Shown here: positions 1 to 10,687 of the stretch, piece after piece
How the letters are laid out: every line of letters begins with the position of its first letter
Numbering within the stretch: position 1 is the stretch's first letter
The notes under the pieces: model-generated
Database searches by the model: none
Told to the model about the DNA's origin: nothing
The model's input: the letters and a program-made list of their open reading frames with translations, nothing else
Assembly (NCBI RefSeq): GCF_013122565.1
Contig: NZ_CP053258.1
From: Escherichia coli
Lineage (GTDB): Bacteria; Pseudomonadota; Gammaproteobacteria; Enterobacterales; Enterobacteriaceae
DNA: 64,000 nucleotides
Reading direction: 5' to 3' (one strand)
Position numbers and translations under genes: made by a program

Positions 1-913
1 CCAGACGCCCGTTGTTGTTTTCAATGAGGGCGTTCGCGGCGCTCAGAATATTGCTGGTAGAGCGGTAGTTCTGCTCCAGACGGATAGTTTCAGCACCGGG
101 GAAATCATTGAGGAAACGCTGAATATTCTCGACCTGCGCCCCGCGCCAGCCGTAGATTGATTGATCGTCATCGCCAACGATCATCACTTTGCCGGTGTCG
201 CCCGCCAGCAGGCGGATCCACGCGTACTGAATGTTGTTGGTATCCTGGAATTCGTCCACCAGGATGTTGGTAAAACGTTCGCGGTAGTGTTGCAGGATAT
301 GCGGCTTGTTAAGCCACAACTCGTGAGCGCGCAGCAGCAGCTCGGCGAAGTCCACCAGGCCCGCACGATCGCACGCTTCCTGATACGCCTGATACACTTT
401 CTGCCAGGTCTGCTCCACCGGATTACCGTAGCTTTGAATATGATGCGGACGCAGGCCTTCATCTTTCTGGCTGTTGATGTACCACATTGCCTGGCGCGGC
501 GGCCACTGCTTCTCGTCGAGGTTCATGGCTTTGATCAGACGCTTAAGCAGGCGTAGCTGGTCTTCACTGTCGAGGATCTGGAAATCCTGCGGCAGATTGG
601 CGTCCATATGGTGCGCACGCAGCAAACGGTGCGCCAGCCCGTGGAAGGTGCCGACCCACATGCCGCCCTGGCTGGTGCCCATCAGTTGCCCGATACGATG
701 ACGCATCTCCGCCGCCGCTTTGTTGGTAAACGTCACAGCCATAATCGAGTAAGGCGAGCAGTTTTCCACGCTCATCAGCCAGGCGATACGATGCACCAGT
801 ACGCGCGTCTTACCACTGCCCGCGCCCGCCAGCACCAGAAGGTTGCTGCGTGGCGCGGCCACCGCTTCGCGCTGTTTGTCATTAAGGCTATCGAGCAGGT
901 AAGAAACGTCCAT
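1..913 (-). CDS. uvrD: DNA helicase II UvrD, N-terminal part (gene continues beyond window start)
   Basis: Minus-strand translation from ATG at 911-913 reads [47 protein letters not shown] (Walker A GAGSGKT); frame open to position 1. Plus-strand ORFs 161-556 and 608-1270 are antisense artefacts. Confidence 0.9.
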   Translation of the reverse strand, partial: MDVSYLLDSLNDKQREAVAAPRSNLLVLAGAGSGKTRVLVHRIAWLMSVENCSPYSIMAVTFTNKAAAEMRHRIGQLMGTSQGGMWVGTFHGLAHRLLRAHHMDANLPQDFQILDSEDQLRLLKRLIKAMNLDEKQWPPRQAMWYINSQKDEGLRPHHIQSYGNPVEQTWQKVYQAYQEACDRAGLVDFAELLLRAHELWLNKPHILQHYRERFTNILVDEFQDTNNIQYAWIRLLAGDTGKVMIVGDDDQSIYGWRGAQVENIQRFLNDFPGAETIRLEQNYRSTSNILSAANALIENNNGRL

Positions 914-996
914 TGGCACCGCCGCGTAAAAATAGGTTGGGCGGAGAAGCGCAACGCCCTCCGCCAAAAAGCTGGGTATATATACAGATTTGCTGA

Positions 997-1713
997 TTAT
1001 ATCAGCGAGGTCAGAGATGCCAACCGGGAAATTTCCAGATGCGGCAGTAAACGGCTGTCCCAGGTTTGCATCAGATCGCCATTTTCCGGTCTGATCCAAC
1101 AAGCCTGCATTCCGCTGCGAATTGCCCCACCCACGTCAGTGGTGAGATCGTCCCCAACATGTAAGATCTCGCCGATCGGCACGTTGAGTTTTTCCGCAGC
1201 CAAAAAGTACATATCGCTGAACGGTTTTGAGCGCCCGTGCGGGCCAGCGCGCAGCACAAACTCAAAATAATCCCCCAAACCAAACAGTTCCGGCTGGGCG
1301 TTACCGTTGGTGATCGCCACCAGCGGCCATTTCTTCGCCAGCTGTTTTAAGGTGTCGTGGGTTTGCTGCGGGACATCGATCCGGCTGCGCCATTTGGCAA
1401 AGTTGATCATTGCTGCGTGTGCGCCTGCACTGGCTTCTTCGGCACTCAGCCCGGCGTCGAGCATCGCTTGTTCTATTGAGCGAAAACGCCAGCGCGTCAC
1501 GTCGTGATAAATCTCGGGTTCCGCTTCCCGTACCGCCTGGCGCAGACGTTGCAGATCTTCATTCTGGAAGCTGCGCAGCGCCGGATGATAATTTTGCACA
1601 AAGGTAAGCGCCTCTCGCTCGGTGCGCAAAATCACCGGACGGTTATCGTAAAGGGTATCATCCAGGTCAAAGGTGAGCGCCGAGATGCGCCCCAAAGGCC
1701 GGTAAAAACGCAT
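997..1713 (-). CDS. yigB: HAD-family phosphatase YigB (238 aa)
   Basis: ORF track 238 aa; HAD motif [11 protein letters not shown] near N-terminus; conserved position between uvrD and xerC. Confidence 0.9.
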
Positions 1714-2609
1714 TATTTCCCCCGTTTGGCGCGTGGATGCGCCGCATCGTACACCGAGGCAAGGTGTTGAAAATCAAGATGAGTATAGATTTGCGTGGTA
1801 GAGAGGTTGGCATGACCCAGCAGCTCCTGCACACCACGAAGATCGCCGCTCGACTCCAGCATATGCGTAGCGAACGAGTGACGTAATTTATGCGGGTGAA
1901 CGTGATTATTCAGCCCTTGTTTTATGCCCCATTCGGCAAAGCGTTTCTGCACATTACGCGCGGAGATACGCTTGCCCAGTTTCGACAGAAAAAGCGCGTC
2001 GTCTTCGCTACCAAACAGGTCGCGCAAATCAAGCCAGTGCTCAATCCACGCCACAGCGTTGCGACCAATCGGCAGGCGGCGCTCTTTGCTGCCTTTCCCC
2101 ATTACCCACACTTCACCAGACTCCAGGTCGAGGTGTTTGATATCCAGCCCCACCAGTTCGGACAGACGCAGACCCGCGCCGTACATCACTTCCAGCATTG
2201 CACGGTCGCGCACAGCAAGGGGATCGTTGATATCAATATCCAGCAGCCGATTCATATCGTCGACGTCGATATTTTTCGGCAGATGACGCGGCGCTTTCGG
2301 TGCCGAAACACCTTTCGCCGGGTTAGCTTTGAGTTCGTTCTGGCTGACCAGCCAGTCAAAAAAGCTACGTAGCGCAGAAAGCCGTAACGCCAGACTTGCT
2401 GCTCCCAGCCCTTTACGGCGACTGCGTACAGCAAAATTGCGCACCATCGTCACATCACATTGTTGCCAGCTTTGCAGGCCGTTTTCGCTGGCAAAATTAA
2501 TGATCGCCTCAAGCTGACGCTGGTAGTTAAGCAGGGTTATCGGGCTCAGCTGGCGCTCCACGCTCAGATAACGTAGGTAGCGTTCTACATCGGTGTGTAA
2601 ATCGGTCAT
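1713..2609 (-). CDS. xerC: Tyrosine site-specific recombinase XerC (298 aa)
   Basis: 298 aa; C-terminal catalytic region with [12 protein letters not shown] and terminal tyrosine (IYTHL); 1-bp overlap with yigB. Confidence 0.93.
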
Positions 2610-3313
2610 ACGCGTTCAATCCAACGCTCCAGAAGCTCCGGCAACATCAGCGCAATTTTATGAAGTAACTGCGTTCCCTGCCCTTGTTGATAGTGACTGG
2701 CATCGCGACTGGTAAACAGCACAACACCCAAATCAGCATCGCTTCCCAGCATCGACATCGCCACCGATCCCACCGCTTTCGCTTCAGGTAGCACCACCAG
2801 CAGCTCCGGTCCGTTAAGCGGCCCAAGATAGTGCTGTTCCTGCCCCAGACGCTGAATACGCAGCGGTTCGAAAGACTGACGGCTTAATGCCAGATGAGTG
2901 TGGTTCGACGGCGCACCTAAGCGCCAGCGATCCGGAAACAGGCGCAGACTCGCACCAGCCAGGCCGAGATCGCGCGCCCAGCGGTGAAAGCGCATCAGCA
3001 TATCGTCGAGACTGCTGGCGGCGGTGAGACTGCGCTGCAGGTAGAGTAGGCGATAAAACAGGCCTTCGTTGGCGATAGCCTGTTCCATCAACAGCGCCAT
3101 GTTCTCTTCCAGAACATGAATATGGTTACGCGCGCGAGCCATATGCCATTCGACCAACGAAACGGTGCCGCGTACCGGATGCGGCACACGTATCGCTTCT
3201 ACTGCGCGCGCATTGCGGATAAAAAACTCAGGATTTTTAATCAGATAATCGACAACCGCCCGGTCATCGAGCTCCGTGAGTGTTTCCTGCAGTTCTTCCC
3301 CTGGTTGCTTCAT
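2606..3313 (-). CDS. yigA: DUF484-family protein YigA (235 aa)
   Basis: 235 aa ORF overlapping xerC start and dapF stop by 4 bp, typical dapF-yigA-xerC-yigB operon. Confidence 0.88.
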
Positions 3314-4134
3314 AGATGAATAAATCCGTCGTAAACATGTACTGCCGGACCCGTCATATATAACGGATGACCCGGACCTTTCCAGGCGATATCAAGACGA
3401 CCACCAGGGAGTTCCACGCGTACTTCTTCGGCCAGCAAACCTTGCTGGATCCCTACCGCCACCGCCGCACACGCGCCGCTGCCGCAGGCCTGGGTTTCTC
3501 CTGCCCCACGCTCATAAACGCGTAAACGAATATGCTCGCGCTTAACCACTTGCATAAAACCGATATTGGCTCGCTCCGGAAAACGCTCGTGGCTTTCCAG
3601 AACAGGACCAAGCGTTTCTACCGCCGCGGTATCGACATCATCGACCTGAATCACGCAATGCGGATTTCCCATCGACACCACGCCGCATAAGATTGTCTGC
3701 TCGGCGGCGCGCATAATATAGGTCTTTTCCGCTTTGTTAGCGCGAAACGGCACAGCGGAAGGTTCGAAGTTGGGTTCGCCCATATTTACGCGGACCAGAT
3801 CATCATCGGTGACGGTCAGAACCATCCGCCCGTTGGCGGTGCTGACGCGGATATCGCGCTTATTGGTCAGCCCTTTCAGACGCACGAAACGGGCAAAGCA
3901 GCGCGCGCCGTTGCCGCACTGCGCCACTTCACTGCCATCAGCATTGAAAATGCGATAGTGAAAATCCAGTTCAGGATCATACGGCGGCTCAACCACCAGC
4001 AACTGATCAAACCCTACCCCCAGGTGCCGATCCGCCAGGCGACGAATCAGTTCCGGTGAAAAAAAGACATTCTGCGTTACCGCGTCGACGACCATAAAAT
4101 CGTTGCCAAGGCCATGCATTTTCGAGAACTGCAT
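3310..4134 (-). CDS. dapF: Diaminopimelate epimerase DapF (274 aa)
   Basis: [18 protein letters not shown]-terminus; start taken at second Met of the track ORF. Confidence 0.93.
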
Positions 4135-4170
4135 CATTTACTCCAATCACGCGGGTACAGAAACTGACTT

Positions 4171-4374
4171 TTAGTAATTCACCTGGGATGGACCATCGCC
4201 AGTGGCACGGTCGTTTTTATCCGGCACCGTGGATTGCGTTTGTGTCTCTACCGGTTTGGTCGGCGGCGGTGCATTTTTATCTGCAGGCGGGAAATAGAGC
4301 GGACCTTTCAGACCGCAGCCCGTCAGGCTGAAGAGAGTAAGTAATACAGTGAGTGCCTTAAACACGTTTTTCAT
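4171..4374 (-). CDS. yifL: Small lipoprotein YifL (67 aa)
   Basis: Signal peptide plus lipobox LTGC, Pro-rich tail; directly upstream of dapF. Confidence 0.85.
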   Translation of the reverse strand: MKNVFKALTVLLTLFSLTGCGLKGPLYFPPADKNAPPPTKPVETQTQSTVPDKNDRATGDGPSQVNY

Positions 4375-4562
4375 TATGGATTGCCTGTAAAGTTCATCGC
4401 TTTCTGCTTTCTATCATCGCAGGAGAAGGCGTAAAAGCAAGCGTTTAGCGACTCTTTATGAAGTCTGAAAAGTGAGGAAATGCTGCGAGTATAACGCTTA
4501 CTCGTGGGGATTTATGTTTTGCTGGTAGTTTCGTGATCGGCACCTCGCGCCAGGATGGCTTT

Positions 4563-6041
4563 ATGCACTATCGCAATGTGGTTTGTTTGTTGTCTTGTTC
4601 GTTGTTTTTATCATCGGCATGGGGATGTCGGCTTGATCCGCCTGAACATAATATTTACCAGAAACAGGGAAAAGGCGTGGAATACCTGCGCCCTTATAAA
4701 GAAACAAATCTTTCTCTACCTGACGTGAATTACAAGAGTTTGCGTCGTTTACCTAATTTATTAATAGACGCAACAACACAAGATGAATGGAATAAAGAAC
4801 CACCTCTGACTGATCTAACAACTGACAACCTCTATGAGGGCGCACAAGCCTGGTATCCCCATTACTCCTGGCATAGCGATGGTCGCTATATCCTCTACGC
4901 GGGTGAAGTTGTGCAAAACCCGCCAGACAAACCTCCCGTCGATGTCGCCTCGTTCAAGGCGTGGGGTGATTTTGCCGCAGATAAACACAGTCTCTATTTC
5001 GAAGGCAAGCGCACCGATAACAATGGCGGGGGAAATCGCTTAGATATCAAAACACTGCATCAGGTGGAATTCCGGCCTCCCTGGGATCCTGACTTACTGG
5101 GGCTGATATTACGTGACGCTAATTTCTTGTATATCAATGGGCATCGCCTCGCAGATCCCGATAGTTTTCGTGTGCTGGCACAAAAGTCATGGGATCAGCG
5201 AGGAAAGTTTTCTACCGCGTTTAATCCCTGTGTGGCTATGCCATTTGGACCCTGGGATACCCTGGCTCGTACACGGACCAAAATCCTGATCAACGGCGAA
5301 CAGCTTGATGCCGACCCGGACACCTTTTCCGTCGTGCGCTGGATGCCCGGCTCACTCTTGACCTGGCGTGATAAAAACGGGCTGCAGCGTAAAGTCCTCG
5401 ACAAGGAAAATCTGGCGTGGGATGAAGATTTAACAAAGCACTGTCTGGATTTTTCTCTGCTGGAAAAGAAAGTGTTCTGGCGTAAAGGGCCTGCTTGTAA
5501 ACAGGAAGAATTACCGGGGCTCGATCCTGAACAGTTCCACCCCATCAGTGATGCTGTCGCCCAGTATCAGGATTCGCTTTATACCATCATCGAAACAGAG
5601 TCTGGTGACCGCAAGCTGGAGATCGTGAAACTTGATGATCCCAATCTTATTATCAACAAACGTTTCAACGCCGGGAAACGCCACGGCTATTTACTTACGC
5701 GTGCCGAAGGGTGGCCATACCATTCCGGTTTACACGTGTTTGAATCTGACGGACCGCTGATCTTACTGGATAACCGCTCTCCGGATGAACGCGAAGCCCA
5801 TCTTAATGACCATCCCTTTTTGCGCAGATGGTATGCCCGCGATAACCGCTACGTTTACAGCTTTGATGGCGCGCAGCTCTGGCGATACCGCACTGCGGAT
5901 CCGAAACAAGTTCGCTTAATCTGGAAGGAACAACATTCGGGATATGGCTACGGGGTAAATTACAAAACGGGATATCTGGACGGAAAAATTACCGATGACG
6001 GCGAATTTATTCCTGCCCCGCGCAATGAGGCGACAAAATGA
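4563..6041 (+). CDS. Exported repeat protein, DKNYY-like, function unknown (492 aa from ATG 4563; alternative GTG start at 4533)
   Basis: AGGA RBS 8 nt before ATG 4563; N-terminus MHYRNVVCLLSCSLFLSSAWGC looks like a signal peptide, possibly lipoprotein; internal repeats such as NFLYINGHRLADPDSFRVL and KILINGEQLDADPDTFSVV; paralog of the next ORF. Confidence 0.75.
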   Translation: MHYRNVVCLLSCSLFLSSAWGCRLDPPEHNIYQKQGKGVEYLRPYKETNLSLPDVNYKSLRRLPNLLIDATTQDEWNKEPPLTDLTTDNLYEGAQAWYPHYSWHSDGRYILYAGEVVQNPPDKPPVDVASFKAWGDFAADKHSLYFEGKRTDNNGGGNRLDIKTLHQVEFRPPWDPDLLGLILRDANFLYINGHRLADPDSFRVLAQKSWDQRGKFSTAFNPCVAMPFGPWDTLARTRTKILINGEQLDADPDTFSVVRWMPGSLLTWRDKNGLQRKVLDKENLAWDEDLTKHCLDFSLLEKKVFWRKGPACKQEELPGLDPEQFHPISDAVAQYQDSLYTIIETESGDRKLEIVKLDDPNLIINKRFNAGKRHGYLLTRAEGWPYHSGLHVFESDGPLILLDNRSPDEREAHLNDHPFLRRWYARDNRYVYSFDGAQLWRYRTADPKQVRLIWKEQHSGYGYGVNYKTGYLDGKITDDGEFIPAPRNEATK

Positions 6042-7348
6042 ATGGTCAAATAATCACTGTTGCACTCATCCTGTTGGGGCACATATTTCTGACTCCTGCT
6101 GTACAGGCCATAGGGTTCGACTATTACAATGATCACGGTGTCATGTCTTACGGTAAAGGTTATGGGGAGGATGAGAAAATCATTGCCCAATTTCCGAAGA
6201 TGAACAGGGCCGATTTGCGCCTTGTGAAAAATATCTCTGGGAAGACGGGCTATATACCCACCGATGAAATAAGCATAAAAAATGAGGAATACCACTGGGT
6301 GACAGACGGCCACGTTATTCTCTGGCGTGGCAAAATCGTTAGCAATCCACCGGGAACACCCACTGTCGATATTGCCAGCTTTCAGGCTATGGGCCGCTTC
6401 GCGGTCGATAAATATAGCCTCTATTTTGACGGACAGCGTACCGAAAGTAATAGCGGCGCGTCACGTGTTGATCTGGCGACACTAAAAGCTATCGAAGGTA
6501 ACTCTACCACGCTGGTGGATAGTAAAAATCTCTATTTGTCCGGTCGACGTCAGGGGAGCAGCAGTAATGTTACTGTATTAGAAAAAAGATGGTGGGGTAT
6601 TAATCCACGTCTTATGAGTGTAAACAGAAATTTGTATTCCAATGATCTGCTTATCCGCAGTGGGCAGAATATTTATTTAAATGGCGTTCACCTTACGGCG
6701 AATGCAGACTCATTTGAGATAATTCGCTGGATACCTCATTCACTGCTGGTTTTTCGCGACAATAAGGGTATGCATCGTTATCCCTTTGGGCAATTGTCTG
6801 GCAAAGCGATACCCGTAGATGATGACGTCTCTTTTGAAGTAGGGGAAAGTCGCGTTCGCTGGCGTAAACAGCTCACGTCCGACCGTCAGTGGAGCAAGTG
6901 GATAGACCTACCAGATATTGAACCTGAACAATTCCATCTGATTACTGGCAATATTGCGCAATATAAAGATCGGTTGTATGTAACAAAATTATCGACATTT
7001 GGTGAAGACCAGCTTGAGATAATCCCGCTGGATACGCCAGACCTGGTCATTGATCGCTCATTTAATAGCGGCAAACAGCATGCTTATTTTATCCGCCAAT
7101 TACGGTCAAAGAGCGTGCAAATTATTCCAGTTAACGGTCCGCTAACTAAAAACGATCGCTTCGCTTATGACGATCGCAATGTTTATACATGGACCGATAC
7201 AGAGGTAAGGATTACGCCCTCCCCCTGCCCGGCGAAAACACGCGTCAGAGAAGAGAATGTGCGTGAACTTCACAACAGAGACATTATTATTCCGTTGACG
7301 GATGAATCATGCCAGAACGCAGCAGACGAGCAAACTTTGAAGCCCTGA
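6038..7348 (+). CDS. Exported repeat protein, DKNYY-like paralog of upstream gene (436 aa)
   Basis: Start ATG overlaps upstream stop as ATGA; GAGG RBS; signal peptide MNGQIITVALILLGHIFLTPAVQA; shares blocks DKYSLYFDGQRT, NIYLNGVHLTANADSFEII, EPEQFHLITGNIAQYKDRLY with upstream protein. Confidence 0.75.
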   Translation: MNGQIITVALILLGHIFLTPAVQAIGFDYYNDHGVMSYGKGYGEDEKIIAQFPKMNRADLRLVKNISGKTGYIPTDEISIKNEEYHWVTDGHVILWRGKIVSNPPGTPTVDIASFQAMGRFAVDKYSLYFDGQRTESNSGASRVDLATLKAIEGNSTTLVDSKNLYLSGRRQGSSSNVTVLEKRWWGINPRLMSVNRNLYSNDLLIRSGQNIYLNGVHLTANADSFEIIRWIPHSLLVFRDNKGMHRYPFGQLSGKAIPVDDDVSFEVGESRVRWRKQLTSDRQWSKWIDLPDIEPEQFHLITGNIAQYKDRLYVTKLSTFGEDQLEIIPLDTPDLVIDRSFNSGKQHAYFIRQLRSKSVQIIPVNGPLTKNDRFAYDDRNVYTWTDTEVRITPSPCPAKTRVREENVRELHNRDIIIPLTDESCQNAADEQTLKP

Positions 7349-7395
7349 CCCCATGCCGCTATACTGCCGCCATCACTTAAAAACAGGATACAACA

Positions 7396-7716
7396 ATGAA
7401 CGACAGTGAATTTCATCGCCTGACTGATCAACTCTGGCTGACCATTGAAGAACGCCTGGACGACTGGGATGGCGACAGCGATATCGACTGCGAAATCAAC
7501 GGCGGTGTACTGACCATTACCTTTGAAAACGGCAGCAAAATCATTATCAACCGCCAGGAACCGCTGCACCAGGTATGGCTGGCAACCAAACAGGGCGGCT
7601 ACCATTTTGACCTGAAAGGCGATGAGTGGATTTGCGATCGCAGCGGCGAAACCTTCTGGGATTTGCTGGAACAGGCGGCGACGCAGCAGGCGGGTGAAAC
7701 AGTCAGTTTCCGCTAA
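7396..7716 (+). CDS. cyaY: Frataxin homolog CyaY (106 aa)
   Basis: [73 protein letters not shown] matches CyaY. Confidence 0.95.
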   Translation: MNDSEFHRLTDQLWLTIEERLDDWDGDSDIDCEINGGVLTITFENGSKIIINRQEPLHQVWLATKQGGYHFDLKGDEWICDRSGETFWDLLEQAATQQAGETVSFR

Positions 7717-7724
7717 GATTGCAT

Positions 7725-7748
7725 GCCGGATAAGCCTCGCTTTCCGGC
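7725..7748. terminator. Hairpin between convergent cyaY and cyaA (GCCGGA..TCCGGC), likely bidirectional terminator
   Basis: Inverted repeat gccgga / tccggc at 7725-7730 and 7743-7748 in the 39-bp gap between the two stop codons. Confidence 0.35.
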
Positions 7749-7755
7749 ACGTTCA

Positions 7756-10302
7756 TCACGAAAAATACTGCTGTAATAGCGGCGTATCGTGATCCTGATT
7801 GGCAGGCGGCATGTTACCGATAGATTTTGTGCGGAACGGAATCACCTGTTCACGACCATCAACCTTCACAATCTGATAGAACTGCGGCAGGTTGAAGTTG
7901 ATGAAGCTTGAGCCGTATGTAAAACGGTCATGCGATGACGAGTAGAAGCGACTGACGTCACGCACCAGCTCCTCTTTGCTGCCTTCGCAGTGGTGATATA
8001 CCTCAACCCGGTTGCTTTCGTCGAGAATGTAGATATTAAAGCCATTCTCGTCTTGCGTTTCTTCGAAGAAGAACTGGATGATCCCTTCGCTGGCAAAGCC
8101 GTCCACCACCGCCGGTAATTTGACGTGATTGGTTTCAACCTGCACTGACAGGCCGTGCAGTTTGTTATGCGAAATAGCGCCATAAAACTCGATGGCGTTT
8201 TCCAGTTTCTGTACCGATACATTCAGGCGTTCGAAGAACAACCCCCAGGTTTGACCAGAAACGCGCAGCGCCTTGAAGCGTCCGGTTTCCTGGCGGGTGC
8301 TGGAAAGACGCAGTTCAATACACTCAGAAACCAGTTGCTGCACGCGAGTACGGATTAACCCGCGCAGATGCTGACTATAACAGAAGACTTCCACGCTATC
8401 TGGCGGTGCGGCGTCCTGATGCATTTTGCCGAGAATAGTTTTCAGGGCTTCGATCATCGATTGCTCGCCGTTGAAGTGCAGCGTACGCACTTCGTTCCAC
8501 GAGTTGCGGTACAGCAGGTCAACGCTACCTACCAGGCAATTTTGATTCTCGCCAAAGCTGAAGACATCCAGCTTACGGAAATCGAAATGCACCACCTGAT
8601 TGCGGAACGCCGCTGTTGGGTCATATTCCAGGTTAACGATAATCGCCAGATGGCGGATCTCACACGGGCTGTAGAGCGCCTTCGGTGTCGGTGCAGGTAA
8701 GCGCAGCGGGAAATGGTGCGACACGTCGGCGACCATCTCCTGCAACTTAGGCAAATCGACAATGCCGTTACCTTTAATATACAAACGGGTGCGCGAGGTC
8801 AGCAGGCCATTAAACCATGCCCACGCCACCAGTTTATTCAGGTAACGGTTATATTCCAGCGGCTGATGGCTGATGATCGACTCAATATTTGGCGCGCGGT
8901 TATACAGATACCAACCTGAACGGTTAGCACGGCCCGGCGGCACATAAATAAAGGTCAGATTCGGTTCCGAGAGATCGGGTGAAATCTGCGGGTTTACCAG
9001 CGTTACTTTACCTGGCAATGCTTCAAACGCGGCATACAGCTTACGCGTCAGCACACCGATATCCTGCGGACTGGCGGAGACGCTAAGGTTATTGCGACGC
9101 GCAAAGCGGATCAGATTACGGTAGCTCTGCATCATCGCGTCGAGCAGCTCGTTGTGTGCCTCACGCACCTGATCAATCTTCCAGTTAGCGCGGTTATCGA
9201 GCATTGCCAGACGAGCTTCGTCCCAACCCCACTCGCTCACTAACTGGCTCAACACTGCGCGACGCCAGCCTACGCAGGCGCGTTCACGGCTGAGCTTTTC
9301 GCACACTTTTAAATAGAAGCAGCGACGTACTAAATCCAGACGGGTAAAATCTTCAATCGCCGTCAGGTATTCAGTAACACGCTCCAGCATCATGCAGTAT
9401 GGATCGAGACCAAACGATACAATCTCGCCGTCGTGCAAACGCTGTTTGATATCTTTCGCCAGCAGACGTGGGTTCGGGTATTCCCAGGAATAGGCTTCCA
9501 GCAGCAGTGTTTTCAGTACCGCTTTGTATGGGGAATCGATACTCTTGTAGAGCTGCCAAAGGCTGGCACCAAAGTACTCTTCAGCAGAAAGCGAGCTTAA
9601 GCCACCGAGATCCAGCCATTCATTTGGCGTCAGCACGCCCTGCGCGTAAAGCGTCATCACATAGTCGTCGTAATGCTCTTCTTCGTCGCACGGCACCATA
9701 TTCCACAGAATACGCTTACCGGCGAGACGCACGGCGGTACGATAAAATTCGTCAAGCAGCAGTATATGCTGGGTGGAGCCACAATCTTCGCCCCCCAGGC
9801 TGCCGCTTTCATTATGACGGAAGCGGTTTTCATCAATCAGGAAGAAGCTGACTTCCACACCCAGCGAGGCGGCCCAGCTTTCCAGCAGGCTGCATTTACG
9901 TTGTAGTAACTGGCGCTCTTCGCTATCGAGCCAGGATTGATGACAGACCCAGATATCCAGGTCAGAGGAACAACTTTGCCCTACGGACGAGGTGCTGCCC
10001 ATGGTGTATACACCAGTAATTGGAAGCTCACCTTTCGGCGGGTCCTGTACTGACATTCCACGATACAGTTCAAGCTCGTTCAGGTAGTGGCGTTGAGTTT
10101 CATCAGGCGTGTAAAGGCAAATGCCTTTGGGAACGTTACCATCAAGGTAACCCGGCATTAGCGGATGGTGATAGTGCAACAATGTCGGCAGTAGACTGTA
10201 GACCTGTTGGAATGCAGGCCCCATAGCAGCAAGCGCGCGATCCACACGCAATTGATTTATGGCATCCAGTCTCTGTTTCAGAGTCTCAATATAGAGGTAC
10301 AA
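7756..10302 (-). CDS. cyaA: Adenylate cyclase CyaA (848 aa), TTG start
   Basis: Product begins (M)[54 protein letters not shown]; start codon at 10300-10302 is TTG. Confidence 0.95.
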   Translation of the reverse strand: MYLYIETLKQRLDAINQLRVDRALAAMGPAFQQVYSLLPTLLHYHHPLMPGYLDGNVPKGICLYTPDETQRHYLNELELYRGMSVQDPPKGELPITGVYTMGSTSSVGQSCSSDLDIWVCHQSWLDSEERQLLQRKCSLLESWAASLGVEVSFFLIDENRFRHNESGSLGGEDCGSTQHILLLDEFYRTAVRLAGKRILWNMVPCDEEEHYDDYVMTLYAQGVLTPNEWLDLGGLSSLSAEEYFGASLWQLYKSIDSPYKAVLKTLLLEAYSWEYPNPRLLAKDIKQRLHDGEIVSFGLDPYCMMLERVTEYLTAIEDFTRLDLVRRCFYLKVCEKLSRERACVGWRRAVLSQLVSEWGWDEARLAMLDNRANWKIDQVREAHNELLDAMMQSYRNLIRFARRNNLSVSASPQDIGVLTRKLYAAFEALPGKVTLVNPQISPDLSEPNLTFIYVPPGRANRSGWYLYNRAPNIESIISHQPLEYNRYLNKLVAWAWFNGLLTSRTRLYIKGNGIVDLPKLQEMVADVSHHFPLRLPAPTPKALYSPCEIRHLAIIVNLEYDPTAAFRNQVVHFDFRKLDVFSFGENQNCLVGSVDLLYRNSWNEVRTLHFNGEQSMIEALKTILGKMHQDAAPPDSVEVFCYSQHLRGLIRTRVQQLVSECIELRLSSTRQETGRFKALRVSGQTWGLFFERLNVSVQKLENAIEFYGAISHNKLHGLSVQVETNHVKLPAVVDGFASEGIIQFFFEETQDENGFNIYILDESNRVEVYHHCEGSKEELVRDVSRFYSSSHDRFTYGSSFINFNLPQFYQIVKVDGREQVIPFRTKSIGNMPPANQDHDTPLLQQYFS

Positions 10303-10687
10303 GACGTATCGCCTGATTTGCTACCCGTCATGACTGTGATTCCGCCAACATCAACGGTAACACGCGGCATTCGGGATATTTCGTATGTCAAAGGTAACCG
10401 TTACCACTTTTCGCGCTTGGTTTTTTTAGTTTCACGACGAAAAAATGGTCTAAAACGTGATCAATTTAACACCTTGCTGATTGACCGTAAAGAAAGATGC
10501 GCTACATACAAGTGTAGCACCGTTTATTCTCTGTAAATTCCTTATTACGACGGCGTGAAACGCCTGTCAGGATCCACTGCCAGACCTCTTTTACGGTTTG
10601 CGCAGGCGTCTACGTTTCACCACAACACTGACATCACTCTGGCAAGGATGTTAGGATGGACCACGGATGATAATGACGGTAACAAGC

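Noticed and set aside
161-1270. Plus-strand ORFs 161-556 and 608-1270 (131 and 220 aa)
   Set aside because: They lie antisense within the uvrD coding region, whose minus-strand translation matches UvrD exactly; Arg-rich composition typical of antisense frames in GC-rich genes.
10207-10536. 109-aa plus-strand ORF in the cyaA-hemC intergenic region
   Set aside because: Overlaps the cyaA 5' end and its divergent promoter region; no RBS and no recognisable protein features.
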